DNA of 51,877 bases from the NCBI GenBank assembly GCA_000934665.2, contig KZ538155.1:62001-113877 (forward strand), written 5' to 3'. Position numbers and translations under genes: made by a program. This stretch comes from Catajapyx aquilonaris (taxonomy: Eukaryota). Positions 24,001-39,000 of this stretch are shown here, piece after piece (positions within the stretch are counted from its first letter, which is position 1; every line of letters starts with the position of its first letter). A model generated the notes under the pieces. The model worked only from the letters and a program-made list of their open reading frames with translations, was not told where the DNA came from and made no database searches.

Positions 24001-27000
24001 TAAATGCCACTTTTATGTACGTGACCAAAAACTCTTATAGTTTAACGCCATTTGAGCAGCACTGCTTGTTTCTAGGGCACACGTGCGGAAATAGCAGTCG
24101 GTATACGTAAATAAATGAGATGCGGTTTTAAGTACTGGAACATAAAAAGCAGCTGAAGTGCCATTTGTTCAGAACGCTGAATAATTACACCATCCAGCAT
24201 TATTTTCGTAGCAAAAAAATGGGTCTGTTACATCCGGAGAATTGATATGATTCGACCAACTCAATTGATTACGCCCCTAAAAGTTGCAGAGAACCGAGAC
24301 TAAAAAATTGTTCACAATTTGGGGGAAATGCAGTCCCCTTCATGTCCATTGCGCTTTCTGTTTACACTGCTCCATTAGTGCGAGTGCATGCAGAACGCAC
24401 ACGAGATAATAATGAATCCTCCATTCGAAATACACACAGAAAAAAAGGCCTATTAAATTGGATCAGACGGATAATAATTTGTTTGCTTATCATTACAGCG
24501 CACGTATACTATAGGGCCTGTAGCGTCTATAGGTGGTGGGAAGGAATTTCGGAGGGAGGTATCGGCTCCCTCCGTGGCAGACCGAGTTCCCGAGACGACA
24601 TGGAATTCCTTTCATGCCTTTACCATGTCGAAGAGACGGGTCCGCTTTGAAAACGCCTTCGCGCAACCGGAGCTTAGGGATGGCCATTTCTCCTGGAAGT
24701 TTATTCAGGACCGTTCCGGCCTAATCCATTACTGATACTGGAGCGTCCCTTTTAATGGCGTCAAACTGGAGGCTTCGTATCCGTCAAGTTAATTTTCCAC
24801 TCGGATTACCTCCAAGTTAGAAACTTGGCTCTAATGTCATGTGCCGACATCTGTTGGCCTGGCGCGGACATGGCTGCCGCACCTGGCGCCATCTGTTGCT
24901 CCGAATATTAAACTGCAGGCCGTGTCCGATAGAAATTGGAGTACCATTAACACCTTATGGAATTTTTTGGGAGGTATTATGGCAAAGTTTTTAACTCGCA
25001 TGTTGGCGGCTTATCTTCACAAGGCCAATAGGTATAGGAGAGGGTAAGTCGTGAGTAGCACCCTCGTAACTCGCGCTCCGTGTTGACTTTTATGTCCCTC
25101 CTCTGCTTTTCCCTCCTAGTTTTTTTTTTCTCCTGGCAATATCTACGAAGTGGGGTGAGGGTGGAAAGGCAACAGCATACTTAGAAGAGGGGGGGCTAAA
25201 GTGGTGGAGGAGTTGGAAGTGGGAGTCCATAAAGTGGTTTTTGGAGGGAGCTCTGGGTGCTGGAGGGAAGATGATGGCCAGCCAGCCATTTTTTTTTCTC
25301 GCGAAAAGCCCTAATTCAGAGTCGAGGAGCTTTACGGTTAGGAATCGATCAGGTTTTCACCCGCCAAGGTGCATTACAGAAAGCTTCAGGCGGATTTGTA
25401 GTAATCGCACGCACCAAGATAGATCGGACCTATCATCCGGATATTTCCTCGCCCTTAATGGACCTGATTGGATGTGTCACTAATGAGCCAACTATTCTTA
25501 CCCCATCTTGGTGCAATGTAATTTATCTAGATGTTTACACGATGAACTCTTCAGATCCTCATTATAATGAAGCGTGGAGGAGGGGAAAAAAAGTGGCCTC
25601 AAAGTGAATACAAAAGAGGATAAAATTAATTTGTTATGCTGTTCAAGCACGCTCCTTGGGACGACCACTAATGTGAGAGTTCCGGAAAATTCCGGAGAAT
25701 TAGCCGTAACCAGGCGCGTGTTTAACGAGATTACTTCCCTAATGTCTCCTTTTATTAATAAGGCGGAAATTAACTTGTGCAGCTTGTCTGCAAATGTCGG
25801 CTTTTCACATGGGGCTCTGAATATTAGAACTGACACTCTTTTTTTAAAATAGTCTCGAGGGCTCTGGTTATATAGTTAGGGTTTTTAAAAAAATATTGTC
25901 AGTTTTTGGCTTAAATTTTTTGGAGCTCGGATCACGGTGATTTTTTGGGGGACTGAACGAGCGTCGATCCATTTTCAGGGTTCAATTTTGCAAGCAGAGT
26001 GTTTCATCCGGATGGCCATTATCCTATCTTGTTGGACGCTATTTGCGGGAGGGAAAATGGAGTCCCGGAAGTGGGAGATAAATCCCGGAGGAGCCAGAAT
26101 GCAAGAGTGTGTATATGGTTCCAGGGGATTGTTACGTCCGGATTGACGTGTAGATGCGGGTGCCAATGGCGGAACATGGCGACGGGGAATAAATACCTTG
26201 CTTCAAAAAAAAAAAAAAAAAAGTCGATATTGTTCCCCGTCGCTGGCAATTACTGGCGGTGCTAAGTCTACCACGGTTGGTGCTGCCGGATAGAAGGGAA
26301 AATTGGCCTTTCCCAGATGAAGTGTGTCCCGGCGAGATTGAACGCCAATCAAATCTGTGATTGTCAATTTCCTGGTCGCCATCTCGGTCTTGGACGACAC
26401 TATTTTTTTGTATCAATATTCCGCTTTTATCTGATGGTGGATGCGCGTGGTGGCCATCTTGCCTGTTAGCAGAGTGCAGGGTTGACAACTGCGTGAAATT
26501 TCCGGGGGAGTTTCATTTTTGAGTAGTTTTGCACAAAGCTAACGGGGGGGTCGTAGCTGTACAAGTCTCTCAAGTTAGAGGGAAAAGTGCCAAGTGGGGT
26601 GATAAGAGAAAGTTTGGTGAGCGTGGAAGCTTTGAATTGGAAGCCGCCAGCTTTACACGCCTGCTGATGGGAGCCGGATGGAGACTACTAGATGGGGCAA
26701 AGACATTTGAATTCCTTCAGCTGCAAGCTAAGGGAGCTGATATGAGATTTTGTCATACTTTTTTGTTGTATTCTGAATATACAAACTGGATCCAAAATGG
26801 CGGGCCGAAAATGGCGTTGATTCGGACGTCATTTAACGTTTTGAAAGCGTGAACTATGCTATTGAGTGGCCAGCTCGTATATCATGTTGGAAAGCGTGTA
26901 ATTGACATCAATTGCCCACGAACGCTCCCCAGTTGCCCCCTCTGATTTAGATCGGCCGTTTTGGATGATTGGTTTATAGTTATGCGGTTCATTACATCCA

Positions 27001-30000
27001 TGTGTGTGTGTGTGTGTCATTTTCTTGACATGCGGCTGCTGGCACCGATGTAGGACCTATTTGCGAAATTGAGCTTTATTCAGAATCGATCCGAGGACAG
27101 AGCTAAGCCTGTGTCGATATATAGGACCAGTTGTTTTTTTTTGTACAGGTATAACCTAACGAGACGTGGGAAATGTACAGTTTTTTTTCTGACGATTTAC
27201 CTGCAGTGGTTTATTGCCATTAGGTTTGTACAGTGCAGACGTAATTTCATTAATAATTCAGCATGCGGCAGAGTTCAGTGCACACGCTTTAATTAGGATA
27301 GGATGCGAAGCTGGGATGCCGTGTACTGCAGTGCTAATCAGGGAGACTTATGGTGTGAGTAGCGTCAACTGCAATGCCGTGCAATTGCTGGGGAGTTCAC
27401 TCAAAAAGGACTGCTAAAAAAAACTAAACGTAAAGTGCAGATTTACGCTTTCAAGTTTATATGCCGTGCTCTGTACTTGTTCCGGGCATGTAGGTTTGAT
27501 AGTATGGCCTCGAGTGATATGCAGAAAAAAATGCGGCGCATGCTTTAAAAAGTGCTGCTCTTATTTAAAATGGATGTGTACATCAAAGGCTGGGGAAAAT
27601 GTGCTTATTGTAGTGTGAGGTCGACATAATGCTGGGTAATGTAAATACTCTAACGAGTTCATCCGTCGAATTAAAGGGGGATCGCTGTCATTTTTGACAG
27701 TTACGAACCGTGAACAGCGTTGCTCCGAATCGACACCCAAAATCCAAACCTGCCATTGTTGAATCGGACTGAGATTGTCATGTCCCGATACATGTTGCAG
27801 GCAAAAAAAAAAAAAAAAAGGTAATGAGAACCGATTGACAACCGTTCCGTAAATTCGAGCCTTGTTAAAGCATAAAGCGGTGCCAAATTGCCGACAGTTG
27901 AGTGCAATACATAGGCCAGCATTGTGTGCTCCGAAGCGATTTGAATAGCAAAATCCACGGTTATTGTTGTCGCCTACTTTTCCAACCTAAGCGACATATT
28001 GTCATACACTAGCGGTGGTGCTCATATTTGACCAACCTGGTGACTGACGTATGTCCAAGAGTCTATCAAAAAATAATTGCTGGCTAATTTTAAATGTTAT
28101 ACATACTGTATGTCAGGCGTCAGAGAGATTTTAATCGTGTTTGCCGCATATTCCACGAATTTGTGTTGTTTTATTCTACATCTCATGCGTTGCAAAATTA
28201 CATGCCCATATAGAGTGATAAAGTACCGAGTGTAATAATGGAGGCGACACCTCATCCTGTCCCACGCATGGAAAAGCAGCAGTGAATTATTAACTTCCGA
28301 GATTAAATTATTTTCCAAGCGACGACTTTTGGATTGGCAATTAACGACATATTTACCAGTAGGATGACTTGCACCGCTGCGGTTACTAGTACCCGCGGTA
28401 TCTAAACGAATGTATAATTCATGGCATTCGTTTGCATAACTTATCAAGTCTTTATTACTTGCGAAAAACGCTGTATGGCAACACCCTGTTGCAATATAAG
28501 ATCGTTCAGCCTCGAATTTGGTGTACAAATGGAGAAGGGTTCTCGCAGGGGAAATAACCGTTTTCCACTGAAGGCAGGCGTCTGCAAATAACTTCGCAAA
28601 AATTGAGCCCTCCAACATTGAGGAGGTCATGTTCGGGAAAGGCTTCAATGATCCCAAATTTTTTAGGCTATTAGTCCAGCTACATAATCGGAATTAGATT
28701 CATTGCAGATAATGTCATGCAAATCCTGGCGGTCTTGAAACGTGCTTTAAGGGCCGTTCAGAGTGACCCTGCTTGACCTGCTTGCACACTTTGCCGTTTT
28801 ATTAGCTAGAATTTGCCTCGTCGGCTGCCGAGCTCGCAGTGGAAGCTGACAGTTCAGCTAAGATCTACCGGGATCAACGTCAATTTGCACTTTCGCACAA
28901 GCTTTTGTGCCTAAGTGACACCAAGTTTCATTTAAACTGACATGGTCTATGACATTTTTTTTTTTTTGAACATGTGTTATCATATTTCTGCTTTCCTATT
29001 GCAGAGCTGGTTTTCCCCAGCTTAGAGCACTTGTTCAATTTGCATGAAAAATAGCCGACTGCACTTGAGCCAACCGCAACTTTATTTCCTGGGCGCCCCC
29101 CCCCCCCTCATTTCGCATTGAAACATATCCTACACGTCCGCTTGGCTAATGTGGAGGTAAACAAACAAGACTTCTCGTCTATTTGCCACGAAGCTTTTAC
29201 GCGTGACGAATGACTGGCCTTATTCAGGCGTCAGGCGTGCCAACCATCACAAACCTTCCACTCCGGAAGGAAACTGAAAAATACGGGGAAAAGAAACATG
29301 TGCGAGACCAACAGTTGTTTCGGATAAGTGGAAGGTTTTAAAAGCCGCTTTCTCCCAACCCCCCCCCCCCCTTTTTTTTGCAGTCTTTTCACTCTAGTGG
29401 CATCGATCAGTTGGTTGAAAAAGAAGGGTAAAGGTCATGCGCTTGTCGGTGTTGCACGAATTGGTCAACAACAGTGTAAGCTTGTCGTTCTTTGTAGAAA
29501 GAAAATAGGGTGGCGAAATTATAACGAATGTGTTGGCACCAAAGGAGGTAGATAATCCTGGGTGGAAAAGACGTGGCTGGGAGCCTGGCTGGAAGAAATA
29601 CCGATTTTCTGTCATCCCACATAACGGGTAGAGATGTATGAACCTGCGCGGGGACTTGTGCTTTAAAAAAAAAAAATGAAATCAGACTTTTGGGCTTTAT
29701 TTACACCCTTCTCCTGCCATGTTTCTTTCGCAGATCAACGGGATAGTCCTTCACGGGCGATGTCACCTGAACGCATCGGCCATCATCAAAGGCCTCCCTG
29801 GTCCCATCTTCAAGATCGTCCTTCTGCGGTGAGTATTAAAAAGTTGGTTATGTCATAATTGCACCAATCGGACACACATCCCGGAAGCCCCTGTCCGATT
29901 AGAACAGGACGCGTGTAGGGTCACGATTGGACGACATGTAATATAAGGTGGAGTCACCTGGCGGGCTGGAAGTGCTCCCATCTATGTAGCTGAAGAGGAA

Positions 30001-33000
30001 GGTGGTAGCCAGGAGTAGTAGGCGTGTTTGTAGGCTACGTATTGACTGGCGAACACGCATCTCGCCCCCCCCCCTTTTCCACCCATTCCGTTGGTGGTTC
30101 TCTGGGAGGGGGGGAGTTTTGTCTCTTCTCCTGCAGTGTGATCTGGGCGCCAGGCTCGGACAGGTGTCTTGGTTTATGGTCCAGTCGACTCAAGGGACAG
30201 GTTGGTTCTGCAGGGTTCTAATGGGGGTGAAATATGACTTCTTTTTAGAGGTGGATGCGAATGTGTCTCAATAGGTGTCACTTTTCTGAAATTGTGGGTT
30301 TCAAAAATGTTTGGAGGTTAAATTTCTGTGGTCAGAAATGCCAGATTTACAACAACAACAAAAAATTGTGGTCACTTTTATGCTTATTATTTCTGATAAT
30401 ATAAATTTCTATTTCTAATGGGCAGTTACAGAAATTTGAAGCTATTTTGCGGATATTCAAATTGGCGGACAGTTTGAATTTTAAAATTGAAATTTTTCAA
30501 TTATGAAAGTGTGAAAGTGAAAAATTTCAAAGTAATGTTTCACTATTTCACTATTTCTCCACCTGCAGTAGTGCATGCTTTTGATGCGATTTGTATTTAA
30601 ACTGGCTCAGTAATTTTCTTCAGGTAATTTTTCTGCTAGTTTCAGTATAAGAAGGAACTAACTGTAAGTTCAAAGGTGTATGATAAATTTGAGATTAACA
30701 TTCATTTCTTCACATACTGTAATAGGCATTGTTAAGGCTTCATTTTCCACTAAATGTTGAGAAACTTATAACGAGTGTGCAGTACAGTACTGATGGGATT
30801 TTGAAGAAAAAAAAATGCTGCACTCACATCATTTTCATTGCCTTAGGATTTGTTCTGCGGAGCTATACTAATATTTGGCTTATTTTTGCAATAGGAAATG
30901 ATTGGAATCGCGAAAAAAAATTTACTCCGAGTAGGTAGAATATTTCAATTGCGGAAATTGAAAATCACTCAAAAATTATTTACTGAACAGTATTGGCCAA
31001 AGCACGGGTTTTGACCACCAAATGTCGTTCGTCCGGTCATAATAGTTTATCCTGGGCAGTTCAGAGCTACCATGAATCTGGCCTCACGCAGGAAAAAAAA
31101 AAAGGCAGACATTTCGGGGTTGAAACGATAAAGCCGCAGTCTGAATTCTCTTGGGGGAAGAAAAATGGCAGCCAACTTGTCATTAAATAGGAATTGACCA
31201 AATATGCATTGGACTCGGCGGGATGACACGCGATCCATCCATCGATTTCGCATCAATAAGTAAGCAGTTGTAAGTGAAGTGCAGCAGGTTTTGCCGTGCA
31301 GATTTTTTTTTGTCGGTTCTGGCCCAATTTTGCACTGCCGTCGCTTTATTTATGCACGTTTTGCGACACAAGCTTGCGATTATTCGTATATAGTTTAAAA
31401 TGTTATGCGGGGTAAATTTGCTGGAACTCATTGCTGGAGGAAACCTTTCCTGCAGTTCACATATAGGTTATACATGCCGCACTGTATTTTTGGAGCATTT
31501 AGAGCGGATTTGTGTATATATTTAATGAGCGTTTACGCATGTTTAATTGGCGCCTACGTTTGATGTTAATATTCAGAATTTTAATGCTGGAAAAACAAAA
31601 CAAAAAATCACACATTTAGCAACACAACTCAAATGAAATCACGTCATTTAGAAACCCCCTGTGCCTCCCGCAACGCTTCAGTTGCGGCGGCTTATCGTTC
31701 AGCCCCATACGTGACTCCGTGGTACACCAAGTGTTAGAACTTGTGGTGGTCCTGTTACATGCTAATGAGCCCATGTTTTATTACCTGCAGAAAGGTAGTA
31801 GAGAGAGACGGAAAAAATATATATGTATAAACGTGTAAGGTTTTTGCCACGCTGCGACCCCGTTTTCCTACATAAAGGAAACTTCATTTCGGTGCCTCAT
31901 ATTTTTTTCATCTCCAAGCACAACGGGAGGAAATAGGTTTTCGCATTCTTCGTCCTCAGGCCCAATTATGCCTCCATTCTTTTCTGCGAAAGTTAATATC
32001 TGCAGGCTCTTGTGTGGTGTATCCTTGATTTCGCCCAGTCCAAGATGGCGGGCCTTTTTAATGTTGTTGTTAAAGGCATAAAAATTAGCCTGTTTAGTTT
32101 CGCATCGTGCGTATAGATACGATGGCAGACAGGGTTTTGTGTTGTGAGACTCCTCCGTTACGACGGAGCTTCCATTATTTTTCCTGATGGCTCCCTCGAG
32201 TCCTGAAGCACATGCAACTTAATATTGAAGATGGCTCCCCGATGGCTGTGTAAATTCCACCCCTTTCCCCCGGTCTTTGTAATGCCACCCGGCCGATGAT
32301 AATTTTGGGCCAAATGGAGCCAACATGCTTACATATCCACTTGCATCAGGCTCTAATGAAGATGAGCTGCCAAAAGGGAAGGTTGGGGGGAGGGAAAAAA
32401 AGAGCCTTCAGCAGCGGTTCTCTCTCGCAAAAAGGCAGATACTATCGATTGCTCTAAAAGTTCGTCCTCTGCATCAGGGTTGTACGGAAATTTAACTTCA
32501 GGATACCATCAGCATTGTTAGAGTATTTCTGATGACATTAAGGTCACGCTTAACTAGTCTAAAGTAATTACAAGCGTGGCTTTATGCGAAATTTTTGCGC
32601 GTTTTTTTTGTGTGTGGCATGTTGACGCATTCCGTAATGATTGTGGGTTAATGACTGCTCTCGCATATCAAAAGTCTCTGGTGTTTCATATCCAACGCGG
32701 TGTTGGGCTCTGTAAACCCGGTTAAGCCAGGCTTCACGACAATTATTCTGCGGGGATAACCTCGTAATTCGAAACCCATCCCCGCACTCACCAAATTGTT
32801 GGCCATCCTTCTACACTTTTTTTTTATTCTCATTGGCGAGGGAGAAATTTTCACCGCTGATTACACCGCTGAAAAATGCGCCCCCAAAATGTTCATCATT
32901 TGCCCTCCCCGCTCTCGGGAGGGTAATGAAATTTCTTGGCTAATCGAGTTGGGGGACGAGGTCTACCTCTGAATTGCCACAAGCTTGTCGGTTATAGCAA

Positions 33001-36000
33001 CCAGAAGTGAAGGAAGCAAAAATGTGACAAGTGCCTAACCATATACCCCGCCTTCCTGCTCATTCCCGGATATTGATTGGTAGTCCGGAGTTGATTGAAT
33101 GAAGGACGCCGACGTGTTAATCCCGCGAGACTAAGGAGCCAGCGTCACACACGACAGAGCTCATCCCCCCGCCCAACCTGACAGCTTTTCCGCCAATTGG
33201 CGCCTCAGGCCAAGTCATTTATTATGTATTACACTAGTGAAACCGCAGAGCTTGAAGCTGCCAGGAAGAATCGTTATAACGGCTAGTCCAACGCTGTGCA
33301 GTTGGACACTGTAATGCCACAGAGTTTCGGTTGTCGTGTGGCATCGAAAAACATATTTCGACGGTCGGATCAGCCGGATACGGCGGTGAACCAGAGCGGA
33401 TCAAAAATGGCGGCGAACAGTTGCGCAAACAACGATTGGCCTACCGCGACACAAGCCTAATGGAAACTCCCCAAATTCCGTGATTTCCTTTGAAGAGTTG
33501 GTTCCAACCTATATACAGCAGGAGTGGGTGCCATCTTGGGTTGTAACGAGCCTCGAAATTGTGTGCCTAGAATTGCTTTACTGCCTTCACCACGACGCTT
33601 GACGATACTTAGCCCCGCCTGCTGCCCACATAACAAACTTGGTTTCAAAGTCTCAACGCATTGTGGCCAGAACCTCACATCACATCCGTCTATTATAGTC
33701 GCCCTCATGATTTTTGTTTTCTGTGTGCCTTTCCCCGGATCGGACACTCTTTTTTTCTACTTGTAGGTTCGCATATCAAAGGTCGTAGGTAAACACTGGG
33801 GTAAGAGGCAGATGAAAGTGGACGGCTCTTGGGATCCATTTTGGAACATGAGTGGGACAAAGTTTGAGGCTTTTGGCTCCTCAGGAACTTTCCTCAAAAA
33901 GCCTTAGGATTTAAAAAAGGTATTTAATGTAATTACCGGTAATACTCGTGGGGATTTTCTCGTCTCCTTGTATATCGAATTTCGGGGGACCGCGTACCTA
34001 AAGAAATGCAGGGTTGCTGGGATGAATATGCACCGGAATTTTGTTGAATTATGCAGGAGGTTGTCTAGTTTTCTACTTTTCCTCTTCTCCCCCTGGCGTT
34101 CCGGTGGACCCTTGATCGATTTTCTCGCCCGGATGAGGAATAATTTTCTTGAATTGCATTCATTCCTCCGGGGCTGTTTCAAAACTCCCACCCCCTCCCC
34201 CTCCCTCCGTACTGCCATCTTCCTATACATCAAGATCAGATACAAACTCTATCGATCAGGTGTGAACGAGTTTCTTCGGGGTCAGCTGCTGGAAAACAAG
34301 AATTTCTTACCCTCCATTTCATTCGATTGGCAAATATTTTCTCAATTTGGCGGAACGATTCCGGGAAGTAATTCAGCGTCGCATGGAAACAGATTTACTT
34401 CTTTTTGATCTTTTCCTATATATGCAGTCCTGCTTATCTCTGCGGCGCAGTTCGTAAAAGGCAAAGAGAGAAAAATCTGGTAGGCAGATAACGGCTCTAA
34501 TTGAGCCTCGCTTCTGAGGTACTGCTGGAAAATACTGAAGGATTTCTAAAGGTGAACCTTTGACATTTTCAGTATTGTCTGGTGCCTTAGCTGCTCGAGT
34601 CTCCCAATATGACCGAATCGGTGCTTTTTTGGTGCCTCCCATGTTGACTCTGAAACTAATGTAGTTCTCCTGTTGCCCCAGCCTGCCCCCCCATTACCAT
34701 ATCATGTTTATGTACTCGTAAAGTTATCCAGAGAAGTGGCAGATTGGGGAGGGTGGGTGATGGGGAGGAGGCCTTTTGATGTTGGTGGTGGTACCCCGGA
34801 CACACAGGGGAGTCCGGAGGAGAATTAGCTTACAAATGGGCCCATTGCAGGGTTTGATGGAATTGTGGATCCTGATAAGCTGCCATCCAGAGCCAAATCA
34901 GCATATGTAAAAGGCATGGACGACTATTTTGGGGCCACCGTCTGTGTTGGTTTTGATGCTGGGCTAATATTTGTGCACTCGGTTAACATCGATCTTCCCT
35001 CCTCTTTTTATGCTTCTGGTGAAGTATGGCACTAGCACATCACGCCCTCCCGGTGTTTTCAGGAGAAATAGATAGTTTTTTGTGTGTGTGGAGTAGTGCT
35101 GGAATAATGCAAAGTGCACAACTACTGTGTTGCGAAATGGTCGGTTAAATGACTTCCCAATTTTTTTTCGCAAACGGAATTATGATCGCTTTTCCAACGC
35201 ACTGCGATATTAATTATTGGTGTCGACTATCGGCTGCCTAGTAATTTGTGCTTAATTATTCTAAAACCATATGCGTTGGTGTATTCAGAGCACCGCTTTT
35301 CATAGTGTTCTTTGCTGTGTGTATTCCCTGTGACGGCATCAGGGACGCGTTTTATCTCGCCACAACTGACCTAACTGCATTTCTCGTGAAGGGGTTAATT
35401 AATTTGGCAAGCCCTTGTGAGAGTTTGTGCCTACTCAACTTAATGTCGTACCTGAATATTGCAAGGGGGGGAAAACACGAATTCCTGGATGTGGCTTAGT
35501 GCGATGGCGGCATTCAGAAAACGCATCTGGCTTAGAGTATATAGGAGCGAGAGGACTAGGATTCGATTTTCCGCCTCAAGCTCCGCTCTATTACGCAAAT
35601 TCTCCACCAAGCCGACCTCAAGTGGTAATACAATTCCCCGAATTCCACTGTGCTCGGGGGGTGGGGCCCCCGCACATTTTTGGGTTGTTTGCAGGTGACA
35701 AAAATTGGTTGTATACATGAGTTTGGGATTTTGGTATACACATGGAAAAAAAATGGCGAACTTTTTTTTTGTAGCAAAAACTTTAGGGTCAGCCACCCGC
35801 CGCGCTTGTTTATTACAAAAAGCGCATATTCCATCCGAACTGGTATGTTCGGCTTGTTTTCAGCGATGGTCAGGAGAGTGGCTTCCCGTAATTAATTCCA
35901 GCAAATTGGCGCCTTACCTCATTGCAGTTTTCTGTTCCCCCCATGTTTTTCCGGCTCACGTCTTTTGTAGTCTCGTCCAATGAATATTATCGCAGCAAAT

Positions 36001-39000
36001 TACCAAGCGGAATAATTGCATTTTGCACTCGCGTTTTGGGACTGGGGGAGGAGTACGAGCTGGGATATAATTGGAGCTGAAAGTGCCGTCGTACCTTTTT
36101 GTCGCATTTTTTCGTGTGAGACTCTAGGTCTTTGCGTCGGGCGAGGGAAAGGACACGGATTATTCGACAAGCGCAGGTCTCTTTTCTCCACAAATCACAT
36201 TAGTTCGTCTCAATCCAATTTCGCTCTGCTGTCATTGCCCTCACGTGGACTATTAATGGGCGCTTCGGGGTCATTCGGTGCAGGTCGTCCACGTATATAG
36301 TCGACCCACGCCACCGCTAGGGGCTCTCCGATAGAACCGCCATTTTCTACCTAATCCACTATACGTTTTCTCCTTTATTATTTCAGACGGCAGGATGGAG
36401 TAGATGAACTGGCAGTGAAACCCATTCTTCACTTCCCGGTGACATTGGGCGATGAGGTAAGTCCGGGAGTTGACATTGTTTGACATCCAGGTCATGCCGT
36501 TTTTATAGCTTCGCACGGCCAGAATGTCGCACATCCACTACTCTTTCACGACGCAATTTCACTATTTTTTCCGGCACCTCACAGTCTTGCTTCTGCAGCA
36601 ACTACTAACCAACAGGGGGGCTAAAGGGGAAGGGAAGGAAACAACAATAGGACCCCCCCCCCCCTGCGTTTGAAGGCGATTGCCATTCCAGGCCAACTCT
36701 CCGGAGGGCTGAAAATAATACGGGGGCGCAAATGTACCGTGGTTCCGGACCGTTCTTTTCCGTTTACCCCCAACCTCCCCCACCGTATATTATTCATGCC
36801 CACTTTGCCCTGCTACATTTTCTCATCCTTTTGCCCCGGAATAGCCCCCGGAAAAAAAAGAGGAGCAGAAGAAGGGGGTCACCCTTACATACATGAAGCC
36901 CCAAAGAATGGAAAATTGCTTGGGTCCGATTCCCTGTAGGTCCCCCCTCTTTTCTGGAAAGGGATAAGGAGATGATGCGGTTCTCTGAGCCAAAAGCTGT
37001 CCGAATAGAAAATCCTTTTCCCGCGGAAGGCCATAGAAATGGAGCAGAAACCGGAGGGATTCGCACAATGAAAATTTCAAGCCTGTTGGAAGACTAATGG
37101 CTTCCAACTCCTACTGCTCATTGCAGAAGGTAATCTGGCAGACCGGATAATGTTATACGGACGCTCCAGGAAAGTGTGTCAGTCCCCACAGCAAGGAATC
37201 ATCTCAATATTGGCATAATGTGAATATTTTTCCCCCCCTTCTGCATCCATTCTCACCGTGTCGTTTGCCCTGAATATGATGACTATATCAAATCCATTTC
37301 AATTTCTAACTGGCGAAATGGGGAATGCTCGTCGTCGCTATCGCCATATAGGCCCCGAGGCAGGTGAAGACGAGCCTTTGCGATAGACTGGATCAATGAG
37401 ACCTGACTGTCAATTCCAACAGCTAAAGGATGAGGCCTTCCCCCTGATTCAAAAGCCCCTGCGACTAAAAGCCCCCTGCGTTTTCTGCCAAAGTTCGCCT
37501 TGAGAATATTGGCAATCTAATACCAGACCTCATTAATCATGTAATATATTCTCTCGCTCTCTATCGCCATGTAATATTTTACTCTACAGCACAGGTGTAT
37601 CCTGCTGGCTGGCTGTTATTTATGGCTATAATTCCATCGAAAAGTAGTCGCATTAGCAGGCATTTTTTTTTTTTTTTGCAAAATAACACGAACATGACCT
37701 TCTTTCTGGTGTAAGGATCGATTGCGAAGTAATCAAGAGCCATAATGTAATTTGCAGGTCGCCTATTGTAAAAAAAAATGTAACATATATTTCGAGTACT
37801 AAGCCACTTACCGAGAGAAACCTTGAACCTGTCTGATGCCAGATGGCGTACCCTATATAACACACGTGAGGAATCGGCAGTTGGAAAATGTTGGCCAAAT
37901 AGTACTGTATGCACGTGTGTGCCTGTCAGGCATTTATTTGTTGTCTGATGAGGCTGGATTGGTGCAGCACAACAGGTGCTGCCGTACTTCCCTGTACGGT
38001 TTTCATTGCACATCATTCTCCCCAAGTTTTGTGGGAGAAAATGTAAAGTTCTAGGAGAGATGCATGGCAGGATTCGCGCAGAAAAAATGCCCCATTTGGC
38101 TTAGATTAGCAAATATTTTGTGAAATATTTTGCTCGGTTCTACTCGATGTATCCAGCCCATGATTCTGAATAATCGGTGGAGATAAGTTGCATATATGCG
38201 GCGTTGCCTGTCCGGTAAATAGTTACTGCGAAAAATGCGGTATCAGGGAAGTAGGCGGCGCTTCATAGCCTCGGGGAGAGAGAGGTGCTGATAGGGCAGT
38301 GAAGATATGGCTAGTGAAGTTGCTCAAGTCGTCTCGGGAACGTCGCTTCGGGTGGTTCTAGAACCGAAATGATGCCCAGGCCCAACTGGATTCGGGTCTT
38401 GTTCAAACGGAGGTCAAAACGGTGTCACTTTTCCATCCTACACTGTATCAAAGGGAAGGTGCGTTCACATCTTTTAAGAAACAAACAAAACCGTTTTTGG
38501 AATGATCTCGTCTCGTGATCTGTCTTTTTTTTTTTTTTACAACTTTATTATGGGTCCTTCTGGCCCTCCCTCCTCATTCTGTGGCTCTCCGTTTTTGCAG
38601 GCACCCGAGGATAAGTATGCTAAATACAAAGGACTACAAGTCGTCAGCATTAACAAGGTAGGTGTCACACCTCACCAGCTTTTAAATTATTTTTTTTTCT
38701 TACTGTACATAATTCTATATAAGGTCACTGCCCAACACTTCTATTTTGGCTGCCTGTCACCCCCATTTTGTGCACTCACTTCACTCTTGTGTGTGTGTTT
38801 TCACTTTTGTCACTTCTCTCAACTCCTCAAGTGCGAAACAGCCGCAACGCCCGGAGGAAGCAAGATATGTCATTTCCTGGTAACTCGTGTGACAAGTCGA
38901 GTCGTGTGTATTTCATGTCCCCGGCCCAACTTTTTTATACGACCTGGGACTCGCGGAAACCTTGGTTGACATGTGGCCCTTGGGGGGTTCGAAACGCCTG

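Noticed and set aside
28097..28657. 186-aa minus-strand intronic ORF
   Set aside because: No recognisable domain or codon bias; possibly a non-coding repeat remnant that I cannot identify.
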